Made by a program: the position numbers and the translations under genes. A stretch of DNA of 64,000 nt from Mantamonas sphyraenae STR306. Its lineage: Eukaryota; Protista; CRuMs. The stretch covers positions 148,737 through 212,736 of the forward strand of contig JAPMXV010000023.1 in assembly GCA_026936335.1 (NCBI GenBank), read 5' to 3'. The first letter of the stretch is position 1. Each line of letters starts with the position of its first letter. Below are positions 22,911 through 35,854 of this stretch, one piece after another. Under the pieces are notes generated by a model. It saw only the letters and a program-made list of their open reading frames with translations. It searched no databases and was not told where the DNA came from.

Positions 22911-23322
22911 TCATTTCAACAGCTTGCTCCACTTGGAATGTTTGGAGATGTAGTGTGCGACGTAGGAGCATGTGGGCACGACGGCAATGGAGTTTGTTTC
23001 GGCGTGGTTGAGGGCCGCTTCCACAAGGAGGCCAGCAATCCCTTGGCCTCGGGCAGCAGCAGGGGTCTGTGGATGCAAGGACAAAGCGAGAGTGTGTGAG
23101 AACAACAGGAATAATGATGGGGGTGGTGAGTCGAGTGGGTGACAAATGCACGTACGACGTGTGGAGCATGTCATAGACGTCGCCTCCTGGCGACTCCTGG
23201 AAGGAAAGCTCCGCTTCGCCATTCTCGCCAAGATCGATGAAGAAGCGGCCATAGCCGTCCTTGGGAGGTTCCAACACAACGTCGTCGATGGTGAACCCTT
23301 TCTTTTCTTCTTCGGTGGACAT
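22911..23322 (-). CDS. Small GNAT acetyltransferase, YjdJ/NATD1 (Acetyltransf_CG) family; two exons, intron about 23155-23067
   Basis: GRFFI...AEL...DMLHT / P-x-x-RGQGIAGLLVEAALNHA...VVPTCSYV signature. Exact donor is ambiguous. Confidence 0.8.
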
Positions 23323-23386
23323 GGGGATTGTGGTGGGCTGGCTTTCGCATTGTATTTTGCAAATGCAACAGTATGTAGGCGGATCC

Positions 23387-24538
23387 TCATTGAACAGCGC
23401 ACACCTTTGTGTCGTCCGTGACAGACACACCGTCCCAGCGCTTGAGACCGAGGACTTTCATGCCATCTTCGTCGAGTTCGTCGGTGAGGTTTTCCTCGTG
23501 CTTCTCCAGCAGGGTGGCCACTGTGAGCGCACGGGCCTTCTCTACAGTCTTGTTGGTCAGAGGCGGCTCTTTCCACATTTTGATATACTGGCAGAGGCGG
23601 AAGTTGGTGCTGTTGTTGGGATGGTTGCCGTGCGGCTGGCGAGAGTCCCAGATGACAAGCGAGCCCGCACGCACGGCAATCTTGCGGATGTGGTGGCGCA
23701 TGGGATCGTCCTTGGGCACAGACACAAAGGAGGCATTGTGTTTCTGGCTCTCGAAAAGGTCGTCGTGAGCCTTGGCCCAGGAGCGTAGCTGCTTGGCGAA
23801 GCCAGGGACTGTGTGGAAGCCACCATCTTCTTCCCTGGCGTCGCTGATGGCCAACAGTCCCTGCACAGTGGCATTCTCGCCCATTTGGGCATCGTTGTTC
23901 TCCAGCAGGAGGCTGGAGGGCGAAAGCAGCTGGTTGCCGTCCAAATACTCGGTGTATGCCTCTCGTTGCGTGCTCACCGAGTCGTCGTGGGAGTGCAGGC
24001 GATGAAAGTACCATGGGTTCAGATCCCAGTGCAGCCACTTTTCGATGGATCTGCGTTTGGGAAACTCGTTGCCGTTCTCGTCAAAGGTGGGTCTCATGGC
24101 GCCAAAGCGGTCGACGCTGACGCGCAGTTCGTTGGTGCCCACGGTGAGCTCAAAGGCCTTGCGCAGATTCTTGTTGAGCCTGTTCTTCCAGGCCTGAAGC
24201 GCTGTGCAAGGCTGGGAGCTGACGATGCCCATTTGCGCACCAAAGGGCCACCCCTCGTCCCAGGTGCTCTCGTCGTTGCGGTCAACCCCTGAGGAGAGCA
24301 CTTCGATGGTGTCCCACACCGCGTCGACAGAGGCGTCAATCTCCTCCTGGGTCAGGATGTCCCGCACGACGACAAAGCCAAAGTCGTTGAAGAATTCCAC
24401 GAGGGCTTCCTCGTCATCCAAAGCAAAGGAGGGAAAGAAGCCCTCTTCGTCGTTGTCAATCTCGGGATAGTCGAATTCGACCTCTGCAGAGGCCAGTGTG
24501 GTGGTCCTGCTGGCCGTATGGCCGTGTTTGGAGCTCAT
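23387..24538 (-). CDS. Phytanoyl-CoA dioxygenase (PhyH)-family Fe(II)/2OG oxygenase
   Basis: FFNDFGFVVVRDIL, HxD in WLHWDLNP, VQGLL, DGGFHTVPG, AGSLVIWDSRQPHGN, FRLCQYI. Confidence 0.85.
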   Translation of the reverse strand: MSSKHGHTASRTTTLASAEVEFDYPEIDNDEEGFFPSFALDDEEALVEFFNDFGFVVVRDILTQEEIDASVDAVWDTIEVLSSGVDRNDESTWDEGWPFGAQMGIVSSQPCTALQAWKNRLNKNLRKAFELTVGTNELRVSVDRFGAMRPTFDENGNEFPKRRSIEKWLHWDLNPWYFHRLHSHDDSVSTQREAYTEYLDGNQLLSPSSLLLENNDAQMGENATVQGLLAISDAREEDGGFHTVPGFAKQLRSWAKAHDDLFESQKHNASFVSVPKDDPMRHHIRKIAVRAGSLVIWDSRQPHGNHPNNSTNFRLCQYIKMWKEPPLTNKTVEKARALTVATLLEKHEENLTDELDEDGMKVLGLKRWDGVSVTDDTKVCAVQ

Positions 24539-24662
24539 GATTGGAACGGAGTGCGTTGGATTGGATTGAATTGCGTGGAGCCAGTGGATTGATTGCGACA
24601 CCAGGAAATGAGGATGTATTCTACTGTATGACGACATGAACCCACCACGACCGTGCATGGCA

Positions 24663-25307
24663 TCACCGCCCCACAAAGCACCAGTCGATGGCAACAGGTT
24701 CGCCGTACACGTTCTTGCCCTGGCATTCGTCCAAGGCAGCCTTGGCTTCGTTGTAGTTGTCAAAAGTGACCCACGCATGACCCATGGACGCCCCCGTGCG
24801 TCTGTTGAGCGGGAATCGGACTCCCTTGACATCAAAGTCGCCAAAGAGATCTTCGACACTTTCCTCGTCGCTCTCTGTGTGGAGGCCAGACACAAAGAGG
24901 ACAAAGCCTTCCTCGGCTGTATCATTGGTGGGTACGTGAAGCGCCCGTGGGCGTGAGTGTGTGCTTGCAAACGGACCTCATGCACGGAGAGAGGCCACAA
25001 ACTCACACTCGACAGGTTCGCCGCGCGCCGCGTGTCCTCGTCCGGCGTCAAAGTGGCCCGAGGAGCCACCGTAGCGCTGAGAGACGTCGGAACGCATGCT
25101 GAAATCGCTGCCGCGGCCTTTGATGACAATCTCGCTGGCGACAGTGGCTGTGTTGGAAGTGTGGGTGAGATCTGGCTGTGGCGGCGAGGTCGGAGAAGGC
25201 GAACGGACGTCCTCGGCATGGGCCGGGGACACGGGATGGTCAACAACGAGCACTTGACCGTCGACAATGTCTACGGCAATGTCAAGGTCGTCGGGGTGGG
25301 TGGCCAT
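24663..25307 (-). CDS. RBM8A: Exon junction complex subunit Y14 (RRM); exons 25307-25007, 24916-24663
   Basis: KGRG motif, PVESEEGFVLFVSGLH (cf. PQRSVEGWILFVTGVH), LNRRTG, and terminal IDWCFV. Confidence 0.85.
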
Positions 25308-25364
25308 GGGGAGGAAAGAGTGCGTGGGCAAGCGCAGCGCGAGCTGCGGCAGCAAAAAGCAGCG

Positions 25365-28300
25365 ATGGGCCGGCGAGGACGCAATCAACGGCGCAACCGT
25401 AGTGCAGCGAAGGAGATTAACATGGATGTGTACGATGCAGAAGAGGGGAGGGACAACCGCACGGAGAGGCGAGTGACGGCGCGTGAGGATCGGCCTCAAA
25501 ACTACGAGTACCAGCTGCCGGCTGACTTTGAGGACGAGGAGATTGATGAAGAGCTGGCGTTTGGTGAAGAGGACGACGGAGACGATTTTGCGTATGGGGT
25601 GCATTCTTCGTCGCGCTGGTCGATTTCCGAGCCGAGCAAGGGGCCCTCGGTAGGTGAAACATGCAGCGCAAATCCGCCCGTGAGGAAGTCGGGACGCAGG
25701 CTGACACGGACGGAACCACACAGGATCTGCTTGGGGAGGATTCGGAGAGCGAAGACGATTTCGGGGCTGAGGACACGCTGAACAGTGACGAGAGCGATGA
25801 GGAGGAGGGTGGGGTGGACATCTCAAGCATGCTGGACGAGAAGCCGCAAGAACGTGCGGCACACGACCGGTTGGTGCGCAAGATTGTGTCTGCAAGCCGA
25901 GGGCCGCGAGACAACGAGGCAGGCTTGGAGAGCATTGCCGCACTGAGGAAGCAGCGCAAGGGAAGGGGTCGCGGACCGGCAGGACCAGAGGCAGAATTTC
26001 CAGGCATGGAGGGAGGCGCACAGGAGGAGCTGGAGCTGGACACGCTGCTGGAGGGACTGGACACGACGGTGCCCGGGTATAGCAAGCTGAAGAAGCAGGT
26101 GAAGAGTCTGCAGAAGCGCGGACGAGCGGGGGCGGCGGACGAGTTGCTGGAAACGCCTGTGGACAAGGTGGTGACGGAGCGCATGACGCGTCAGGTGTCG
26201 TACGATCAAACAAACAACTATCTGAAGCGGTGGCAGTCTGTGGTGAAGATGAACCGCGAACGGCACACGCTGGATCTGACGAAAGAAAAGGTGCGGGTGC
26301 CTGCACCGAGCACAGGCAGCATGGTGGAGAACCACGAGGCACGCAGCGAGATGGAACGCGAAGTGCAAGAGCTGCTGATGGCATCGGGGATGCAGGAGCA
26401 GGAGCTTGCGCGTGCAGAAAAGCTGGCGTTGAACAAGCTGGACCCGAAGCAGGTGGAGAAGCGCAATCAGGAGCTGGCGCGCATGAAGTCGTTGCTGTTT
26501 CACCACGAGCAGAAACGCAAGCGGATGAGCAAGATCAAGAGCAAAACGTACCGAAAGATTCGCAAGAAGCAGCGAGATCGGCTGCAGGCGAAGCTGGAGG
26601 ATCTGGATCCAGAAGCGGCGGAGGAGCGTGCGATGAAGCAAGAGTACGACCGGATCAAAGAACGCATGTCGCTGAAGCACAAGAACACAGGACGATGGGT
26701 CAAGCGTGCGCTGCGCAAGGGGATCCGCAACGAGGGCACGCGTGCAGCCATTGCGGAGCAGTTGAATATGAACGCGGAGCTGGAGCGCAAGATGCGCAAC
26801 GCTGATGGAGAAGATGGAAACTCGAGCGACGAAGTGCTGGAAATGGACTCCGAGGAGGAGGAGGAGTTCTACTCGTACCTGCAGGACCAGGGTCTGTCGA
26901 TGGAAGACGTGCCCGAGGTGCGGAAACGCAAACGGGGCGGCGAGGACGACGAAGACAGCGAAGACGAGGAGGAGGACAGCGACAGTGAAGGCGAAGATGA
27001 CGAAAAGGCACAGCGGCGTCGTGCGGTGAAGGAGCGACTGCGCAAAATGCGACGCATGATGGACCCCAGCGAAGATGCGCCGGAGGTGCCGACCAAGGGC
27101 ATCTTTGGGATGAAGTTTATGCAGCAAGCGATGGAACGAGAGCGTAAGGAGGCGCAGGAGATGTTTGAGAAGTTTGGGGAGGACTACAAGAACATGGACG
27201 ACCTGGACAAGGCAGAAGCAATGGAGCAGGGCGGAGAGAGCTCGGATGGAGAGGATGGAGCGGAGGACGACGAGGCGCTGTACGACAGCGACGAAGACGC
27301 GGTGGACAGGCGTGCACGTGAGCGCCGTGAACGAGAGGCACGGGCAGAAGCAGCCGCAGACGCAGAGATGGAGGAGGAGGCGGAGGAGGCGGAGGAGGCA
27401 CGGAAGGAGGCAGCAGAAGCAAAACGACGAGCAGGGGCTGAGGCATTCCGAGAATCGTTTGCAGGCGGCAGCTTGGAGTTGGACCGAGTTGGCCTGTCTG
27501 GAGGGCATCGCACGCGCACCGGTGGGCACGTGGGCGTCGGCAAAGAGGTGACGAGTGATGAGATGGGCGGCCTGGCTGGCAAGCCTGGCAAGAAGAAGAA
27601 AGAGAAGAAGGGGAAGAAGGGTAGTGAGAAGAAGAGTGGTGGAGAACAGGCACAGGGGATGGTGATGGAAGAGGAGGAGAGCGAGGAAAGTGAGGCGGAA
27701 GAGGAGGTGGAGGATGAGGAAGACGAGGAGGAGGATGGAAACGGAGGTGACAACCCGTGGCTTGCAGTGGACAGGGAGGCGCAGGGCAAGTCGGAACGTG
27801 TCAAGGCGCTGCAGGAGGAGGACGAGGAGGAAAAGGTGGTGATGATTGACAACAACACGGGCATCGACATGAACAAGGGCAACGACGGCGTGGAGGGGGA
27901 GGAGGATGAAGAGGATGAGAACGAAAACATGCTGTCGCTGAGGAGCTCGCAGAACCAGGAGATCCTGAGACAGGCGTTTGCAGACACGGGTTTGGAGGTT
28001 GCGTTTGCAAAGGAAAAGGCAGCGCAGGTGGAGACGGAAAACCCGGAGGAAGATGTGAAGGAGAGGCGAGGCTGGGGCGAGTGGACAGGACGAGGTGTGA
28101 AGCTGAGCAAGAAGAAGCAGGCGTGGAAGAAGAAGCAGCTGAAGGCTCGGAAGGAGGCAGTCGCAGTGGCGGCGGCGGAGGCGCGAGGCAAGCGGAAGGA
28201 TGCAAAGCTGAAACACGTGATTATCAACGAAAAGAGAGACAAAAAGGCGGCCAAGTACATGCTGGACAACCTGCCCCATCCGTTTGCGAGCAGGGCGCAG

Positions 28301-28624
28301 TACGAGAGGACGATTGCGCATCCGCTGGGCTCGGAGTGGAATGCGGGCAACGCGCACCGCAACATGACGCGACCCGAGGTGATTACACAACGGGGACAGG
28401 TCATTGACCCGATTAGTTTTGACCAGGCGAAGCACGACGTGCTTGTGAAGCGAGAGAAGAAGCGAGTGCGAGGCGAGAAGCTGGCACAGACATTTGGACA
28501 AAAGAAGGCGGCGCTGGGCAAGGCGCTGGCAAGTGCAGAGACGCCGGCAAACCCGCACAGCAGGAGGCAACGCATGAAGCGGAAGGAGCAGAAGCAAAAG
28601 CGCAAAGGGATGGGGAGTGGATGA
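25365..28624 (+). CDS. UTP14: SSU processome component Utp14; exons 25365-25649, 25724-28624
   Basis: [66 protein letters not shown]. Phase-0 intron GTAGGT..CAG. Confidence 0.93.
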
Positions 28625-28662
28625 GCGAGAGCCAAAGCAACAAAACAGAGAAGTGTGCAAGC

Positions 28663-31600
28663 ATGGGAGTGCCAGCATACTTTCGTTGGTTGACGAGAAA
28701 GTACCCAAAGGTGTTGGAGGATGCCAAAGAGGACGAAGGGACGGTGTTGGACGGGGTGCGGGTGCCGCCTGTGTTGCAAGAGGCCAACCCGAACGGACGG
28801 GAGTTTGACTGCCTGTATCTGGACATGAACGGCATCATTCATCCGTGTTGCCACCCGGAGGGGCGTGTAGGTTTGGGTGGAAAGTCAAGACGGACTGAGG
28901 CGGGGCGAGAGAAGAACATGCATGGCTGACACAGGCGGGCTCCCACACACACAGCCGGCGCCCGGAAGCGAAGCAGAGATGATGAAGGAGGTGTTTATGT
29001 ACATCGACAGGCTGTTCTCGATTGTGCGTCCGCGCAAGCTGTTGTTCATGGCCATCGGTAAGTGTGCGCAACTTGAGCGCAACTTCCAGATTCCGGCGAG
29101 GATGGTGGGTGGCGGGGCACAGCGCAGCAGCTGACAGGAAGAGGGCACACACAATGCACACACACACAGATGGTGTGGCACCGCGTGCAAAGATGAACCA
29201 GCAGCGATCGCGCCGGTTCCGTGCGGCACAGGAGGCTGCAGTTGCGGCACAGGTGGAGGAGGAGCTGCGGCAAAAGTTCCTGAAGGAGGGCAGGCCGGTG
29301 CCGGAGAAGAAGGAGCACTGGGACAGCAACGTAATCACGCCCGGTACACAGTTTATGGACGAGCTGGCGCAGGCACTGCGTTTCTACGTGCGCAAACGGC
29401 AAGAGGAGGAACCTGCGTGGCGAGACATCAAGGTGATCCTGAGCGACGCGAACTGCCCTGGTGAGGGTGAGCACAAGATCATGGAGTACATCCGTGCACA
29501 ACGCAGTGACAAGGACTACGACGTGAACACGAGCCACGTGCTGTACGGCCTGGACGCAGATCTGATCATGCTGGGACTGGCCACGCACGAGATGGACTTT
29601 ACGCTGCTGCGTGAGGTGATTTTCTTCAACAAGAACCAGAAAGCATGTGCCATTTGCGGCTCGACATCGCACCCTGCGGCCAAGTGTCCGCGTACGATGA
29701 GCAAGGACGCAGGGGGAGGCGACGTGAAGCTGGGAATGGAGGACGAGGACGAGGACGAGGTGGAGGATCCGAGGCGCAATGCGATTGCGTACATGAAGCC
29801 CTTCCAGCTGATGAGCCTGCCTGCGCTGCGGCAGTATCTGGAGTACGATTTGGTGCGTCCGCTGCATGGGAAAGGGTGGGATTTGGAACGTGTGCTGGAC
29901 GACTTTATCTACCTGTGCTTCTTTGTGGGCAACGACTTTCTGCCGCACCTTCCATCGCTGGACATCTACGACGGGGCCATTGACATCCTGATGGACCTGT
30001 ACAGGCGAATGCTGCCGGATTTGCCGGACTACCTGACCGAGTCTGGCGAACTGAACATCCCGCTGGCGCTGAAGTTTGCCCGGGAGCTGGGGTCTGTAGA
30101 GGACGAGATTTTCGCGCGGCGCAAGCTGCAGGAGGAGAAACGGAGGCGGGAGAAGGAGGCACGTGAGCATGATCAGGAGATGCGAAAGCAGGCGGAACAA
30201 GCGACGTCGTCGTCACGTGCAGCACAGGCACAGGCGCAGGCACAGGCCATGGACACGGAGGCTGTGAAAAAGGCCAATCAGAGTGCGGCAGCCAAGCTCA
30301 AGGCGCAGCTGGCGGCCAAGGAGCGGGAAGCGGCGGAAGAGTTTAACCGGCGGGCGGAGGAGAACAACAAGGACGCGGGGAAGAAGAAAGTGGGTGTGCG
30401 GATGATGCCCATGGCCATCACGGGCTCGGGTGAGATGGAGGTAGAGGGAAAGGTGAAGAAAGTGGAGGAAAAGGTGGAGGAAAAGGTGGAGGGAAAGGAA
30501 GAGATGGAGGTGGAGGCCTCGGTGGCAACGGAGGCGACAGAGGAGGAGGACGAGGAGGAGGAAGAGGAGGACGCAGAGGCGGCAGAGGACGCATTCAAGG
30601 CGGCGGTGAAGGAAGAGGTGAAGGCCAAGATGGCATTGGATGGAGAGGACAAGGTACGGCTGGGTGAAGACGGATGGAAGCAGCGGTACTACCTGGACAA
30701 GTTTCCGCACTACGAGCCAAAGGAAGACAAGGCGTTTCGTGCACAATTGGCACTGAAGTATCTGGAGGGGATGTGTTGGGTGTTGAAGTACTACTACCAG
30801 GGCTGTGCATCGTGGCGTTGGTTCTATCCGGAGCACTACGCGCCGTTTGCGTCGGACCTGGGCGACCTGCCAGACGACACGACGATTACGTTTGAGCTGG
30901 GCGAGCCGTTTACGCCGTTTGAACAACTGATGGGCGTGTTTCCGCTGGCGAGTTCGCACGCAATCCCAAAGCAGCTGCGGCAGATGATGGACAAGGAGCC
31001 GCTGGTGCAGTTTTACCCGACCAAGTTTGAGATTGACCCGAATGGGAAGAAGCAAGCGTGGTTGGGTGTGGCACTGCTGCCGTTTATCGACGAACAGGTG
31101 TTGCTGGGAGAGATCCAACCTGTGGAGCGAGCGCTGGAGGCGGAGGATCCGGAGCTTGCACGACGCAACGGGCTGGTTGCACACCAGGAACTGTTTGTGT
31201 ACTGCGAAGAGGACGACGAGCAGCTGGAAGACGACCAGACGCAACGATCGGACGTGGCGCAGCTTGCCTACGAGCTGTACCGTATGCCGCAGCTCATGAA
31301 GATGTTTGGGGGCGAGGATAGCGAAGAGGGGCGTGAGGAGTGCAAACTGGAGGCCAACTGGGCGAAGCATGGGGTCAAGGGCGTGGTGAAGTACTCTACG
31401 GACCACGTGGGTCTGGGCATGACGGTGGAGAGCCCGCAGGCGGCACTGGGCATGGAGGACATTGACGAGAATCATGTGTTGTTGGGCAACTACTACGTGC
31501 CGAAGAACGTGAAGCACCAGAGTGTGCTGCTGCCCAAGACACGCATGCTGCTGCCGTTGGACCAAAACGATCTGGCGGGCAAGCCGCGCGGACGTGCACA

Positions 31601-32357
31601 CATCCTGCAGCACAGGCATCTGGACACAGGACGAAACCTGGGCGGGGGCTACGCAGCCAAGATGGTGAATGTGAGGCACGACAACTATGGGCGTGAAGGG
31701 TTCCAGCAGCGGCGCAACTACCAGGATCACAGCCAGCCGTTTGGGTACCGTGGAGGAGGACGCGGTGGAGGGCGAGGCGGCGGCGGAAGAGGGCGCGGAC
31801 GAGGAGGATACCACGGTGGGCAGCCGTACGGGCAGCCGTATCAACACGGGCAGTCGTACCAACAGCACCATCGTGGAGGATACAATGTGGATCGAGGGCA
31901 GCACAGGGGCGGCTACGGGCAGCAGTTTGTGCCTCAGCAGCCATACAACCAAGGCACGCAGTTCCATCATCCTCAGTCGTATGGAAACAACCACAACCAC
32001 AACTACGGCTACAACCAGGGGTATTCGACACAGGGCGCACGGCAACATACGTTCTTTGGCGGACCTCAGGGACAACCGCAGCCGCAGCAGCAATTCGGAG
32101 GGGGAGGAGGATTCGGTGGGATGCAGCAGCAGCAGCCGCAGCCTCAACAGCATGTGTTTATGCCTCAGCAGCAGCAGGGGATGGCGTACATGCCATTTCC
32201 ACAGGGTCAGGGGCATTTTGGAGGTGGAGTGCAGCCGCAGCCGTCGCAGCCGAGGATGCAGAGTTGGAGCAACAACAGCAACAGCAGCAGTGGGAGTGGG
32301 AGTGGGAGTGGGAGTGGAGGAAAAGGCAAGAAGAAGCAGTTTGTGCGCAAGGGTTGA
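28663..32357 (+). CDS. XRN2: 5'-3' exoribonuclease 2 (Rat1/XRN2); exons 28663-28866, 28955-29057, 29170-32357
   Basis: [67 protein letters not shown] knuckle, [19 protein letters not shown]. Confidence 0.95.
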
Positions 32358-32389
32358 AGGGTTGAGGGAAACAAAAGGAACAAAACTGC

Positions 32390-34119
32390 TCATTCGTTGG
32401 ATTCTTCTGGCTCTCCGAACGGATCGGCTTCGGCGACGAGCGCGTTGGGTCCGTCGTCTTCATCGTCTTGGTAGTCGTCGATGTGGTCGACAAAGGCGTC
32501 TGCGTCGTCGTGATCGCCGTCCGCGTCGTCTTCGTCGTGGTCCAGAAAGTCGTCCAAGGCGGCAAGGTCCTCCTCGGTGACTTCGACAAATTGATCAAGA
32601 TCTTGGTAGTCATCGAGATGGTGCTTCTCCGCTTGCTGTTGTTGCTGCTCGTCGTGGGTGACTGGGTCTGGAGAAGAGGAGGACGAGGCGTCGTCGACAA
32701 AGTCGGCCAATGTGGCGCCGCCCTGGACCATTTCGTCCATGTTTGCCTGCTTGCGTTCAGGGATGTGATCGCCCTGGCCGAGTTGGTCGAGATTGCGCTG
32801 GAAGCGGGCACGGAACTGGTCTGTGGCGAGGTCGAGGGGACGGTAGCCGGCTTTGTTGAGGACGGTGAGATCGGCGCCTCCTTCGTGGTAGACGGTCCAG
32901 GAGGCGTCAAACTTGCGGTACTGGGCAAACACATGGAGGGGTGTGAAGAGGTCGTTGTCGGCGAGTGTACAGTTGGCGCCTGCGTTGATGAGGAGCGAGA
33001 GCAGCTGCTCGTTGTCGGTTTGGAAGGCGCCGCAGTAGAACAAAGGGGTCCATCCCTGGGCATCCTGCAGGTCTGGGTTTGCACCGTGGTCGAGAAGCAG
33101 CTTGCAGATTTCCAGGGCCTCCTTGCGCTTGTCCGGCTCGACTTGCTGCACAAGGGTGTGCAGAGGCGTGTCCCCTTGTGTGGTTTGTGCGTTTGCATCT
33201 GCACCGTACTCCTCGAGGAGGAGCTTGACCATGTCGACGAGGGAGTTTGCGGCGGCATAGTGGAGGGGTGTCTTTCCGCCGTGGTCGGTGGCGTTGATAT
33301 TTGCCTCGTGACCCAGCAGCTGCCAGGCAAGATTGAGCTTCTGCTGGCTGCGTGCGCAGTGGTGGAGAGCCGTGCAGCCTTCCTTGTCCTTGAGTTCAGT
33401 ACGTGCGCCGGACTCCAACAGAATCTGGGAGATAGGATGGAAAGGAGTGGGTGCAATGGCGGGGTGAGGAGGGACGAAAACATGGTGGGGAGGGGCAGCG
33501 GCTCCTGCGAGGAGCGAGGGCATGGAAGTGTGCAGTGCGACGGAAAGGGATGGGATGGATTGGGTGGGAGGAGAGAGAGACAGAGAGAGAGGAGGAGGGA
33601 AGCGGTTGGAGAAGAGAGACTGACCTGAACGGCACGTGCAGCCCTGTTTGCGTGGGGGCCGATGCAAGCGAGAATGAGAGGTGACTTGCCGTCGACCTGG
33701 TCGTCCATGTCGACGGAACCACGCGCAAGCAGGACTTCGATGACACTGTCCTGTGCGTAGAAGCAGGCGAGGTGAAGCGGGGAAAAGCCTTCTGCATCGG
33801 TGGAGTCTGTGTCGGCGCCGTGGTTGAGGAGAAGGTCGGCCATGACAACGTGACCAAAACGTGCGCACTCGTGGAGGGGAGTCTTGTCGTCGGCCATGCC
33901 CTTGCCATTGGGGTTTGCTTTGCAGTCTTCGAGGAGGTGTTTGGCCACTTGGAGGGCGTTGTTGCGTGCACATAGGAGGAGCGGAGTGACACGGTCTCGG
34001 GTCAGTTCGGCGCTTACGGACGCGTTGACCTGCCGTGTGTGTTCGGCGGTAAATGCCTTTGCGTTCTCCAGATTGTCCTGGGCGCAGTCGTTGGCAAATG
34101 TGTCAAAGGCGTTGCCCAT
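32390..34119 (-). CDS. Ankyrin-repeat protein with MG N-terminus (possible myristoylation) and acidic tail; exons 34119-33625, 33424-32390
   Basis: Repeated TPLH/SPLH/TALH ankyrin motifs (about 9). Intron GTCAGT..CAG joins AVQ|ILLE. Confidence 0.88.
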
Positions 34120-34241
34120 GGTGGCACGACGGGGGTTGGAATGGGCGAGCTGGGGGAGTGCCTGAGTTGTGCGCAGGCTGCTCAAACGCAAAAATGTCCA
34201 CGAGGAGTTCCGTGGGGCCGCTGGAGACACGGCATCAGCAA

Positions 34242-35789
34242 ATGATGGCTGTGGAGGAGAGTCTGTTGCATGCCAAGCGGCATGGCAAGTATCTGATGCT
34301 GCGTAGACTGTGCATGTACGAGAAGGAGAAGGAGAAGGAAATGGGACAGGAAGAGGTCAGAAAAGTGGCCAAGGCAAAGGTGCAGGCGTACCTTCAGCTG
34401 CGCTCGCTTCTGCTGTCGCACAAACGGCACATGATTGAGCAGAACCTATCGCGTAGCAGCGTCGTGGCCAAAATGGCCGAGAGTGCAGACGGGTAGGTGG
34501 CTTTGTGTGCTGGAGCCGGAACGAAAGCTGGGACGGCGGGCTTTTGCGGCTGGAAACGCTGACGCACAGGGATGTGGTGATGGGCGGTGTGGCGTGTGGG
34601 GACACACAGACGAGCATGGACAAATATTGACGAGGTGTCGGACCGGGCGTCGTCTGTGTCGCACTCGTCGTTCTACGAGGACGGCGACGTGATGCCGCTG
34701 GAGCCGAGCGACATTGACGCGCAGCTGGTCAAGGCAAAGAGCAAGAAGCAGGCGGAGACACTGGAGGAGGCGTATGCATTCCGAGGGATGCATCACATCT
34801 TTACACACGCAAAGGACGCAGTGACGTGCGTGCAGTTTGGCAACGAAGATCGGGATCTTCTTGCGTTTGGCAGTCTGGACGGAACGATCACGGTGGCGAC
34901 GGCCATGTACTCGCCAGGCATTGCCACCATCCTGGCTGGCCACAGGAAGGGGGTCACCGACATACAATGGAGCAGCGGGAACGACTATCTCCTGAGCAGC
35001 AGCAAAGACGGAACGCTGCGTTTGTGGACGCCATCGCCGGGCAAATGTGTACGTACGATTGAGGACGGGAAGCAGGCTGTGAACTGTTGTTGCTTCCATC
35101 CGCTGAACGCAAACATGATTGTGTCTGGAAACGAGCGAGGCCAGCTGCGGTCATACAATTTCAGCACGGGCCTGCAGCTGGACAAGACGAGCTACACAGG
35201 AGCCATCACAGCGCTGCGCTTCTCCATGACAGCGTACGGGGCGATTTTGTTTGTGGGCACGAGTAAGGGCAAGATGGGCGCATACACGGTGGACCTGCAG
35301 TCGGGCTCATTCAGCAAGGTGTTTCGCATGTCGGTGGGAGGAAAGGACGACCATGTGACGAGCATTGCGTACAACAACTACCTGGGCACGCAAGCACACC
35401 CATTGCTGCTGGTGAACATTAGCGGGAGCAACGCAGTGCACGTGTTTGAGTTGACAAGCAGCAGCCGAGGCAACGTGGAGGCGCAGGTGCTTCGCACGTA
35501 TGGCATCCAGCACAGGCATCATGGTTTGCGCTCTGTGTTTTGCCCTTTAATCCCATTCAACCGCAAGGGGGCATGTGTTGTCAGTGGCTCTGAGGACGCG
35601 ACTATTTATGTGTACGACATCACGGACACGCGCGGCGGCGGGTTGGTCAACACACTGTTGGGCCACAACGGGCCCGTGTTGGCCGTTCACTGGAACTACG
35701 ACGAGTCGCTGCTGGTCTCTGCCGATTTGGCAGGCACGGTGATTTTGTGGAAGCGGATGGACTTTCAGATCGCAGAGCGGATTTTGTGA
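34242..35789 (+). CDS. WDR13: WD-repeat protein 13; exons 34242-34492, 34610-35789
   Basis: YLQLRSLLL N-terminal motif, YAFRGMHHIF...AVTCVQFGNED...GSLDG, RSVFCPLI...GACVVSGSED, WNYDESLLVSAD...VILWKR. Confidence 0.88.
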
Positions 35790-35854
35790 GGCGGGTTCAT
35801 CTTCATTCGCGAAAACACTTTGTACAGCGTGTGTTGGCACATCCAATCTCCTGT

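Noticed and set aside
25592-25723. Apparent frame problem at the UTP14 intron using the GTATGG donor at 25592
   Set aside because: The GTAGGT donor at 25650 gives an in-frame phase-0 junction.
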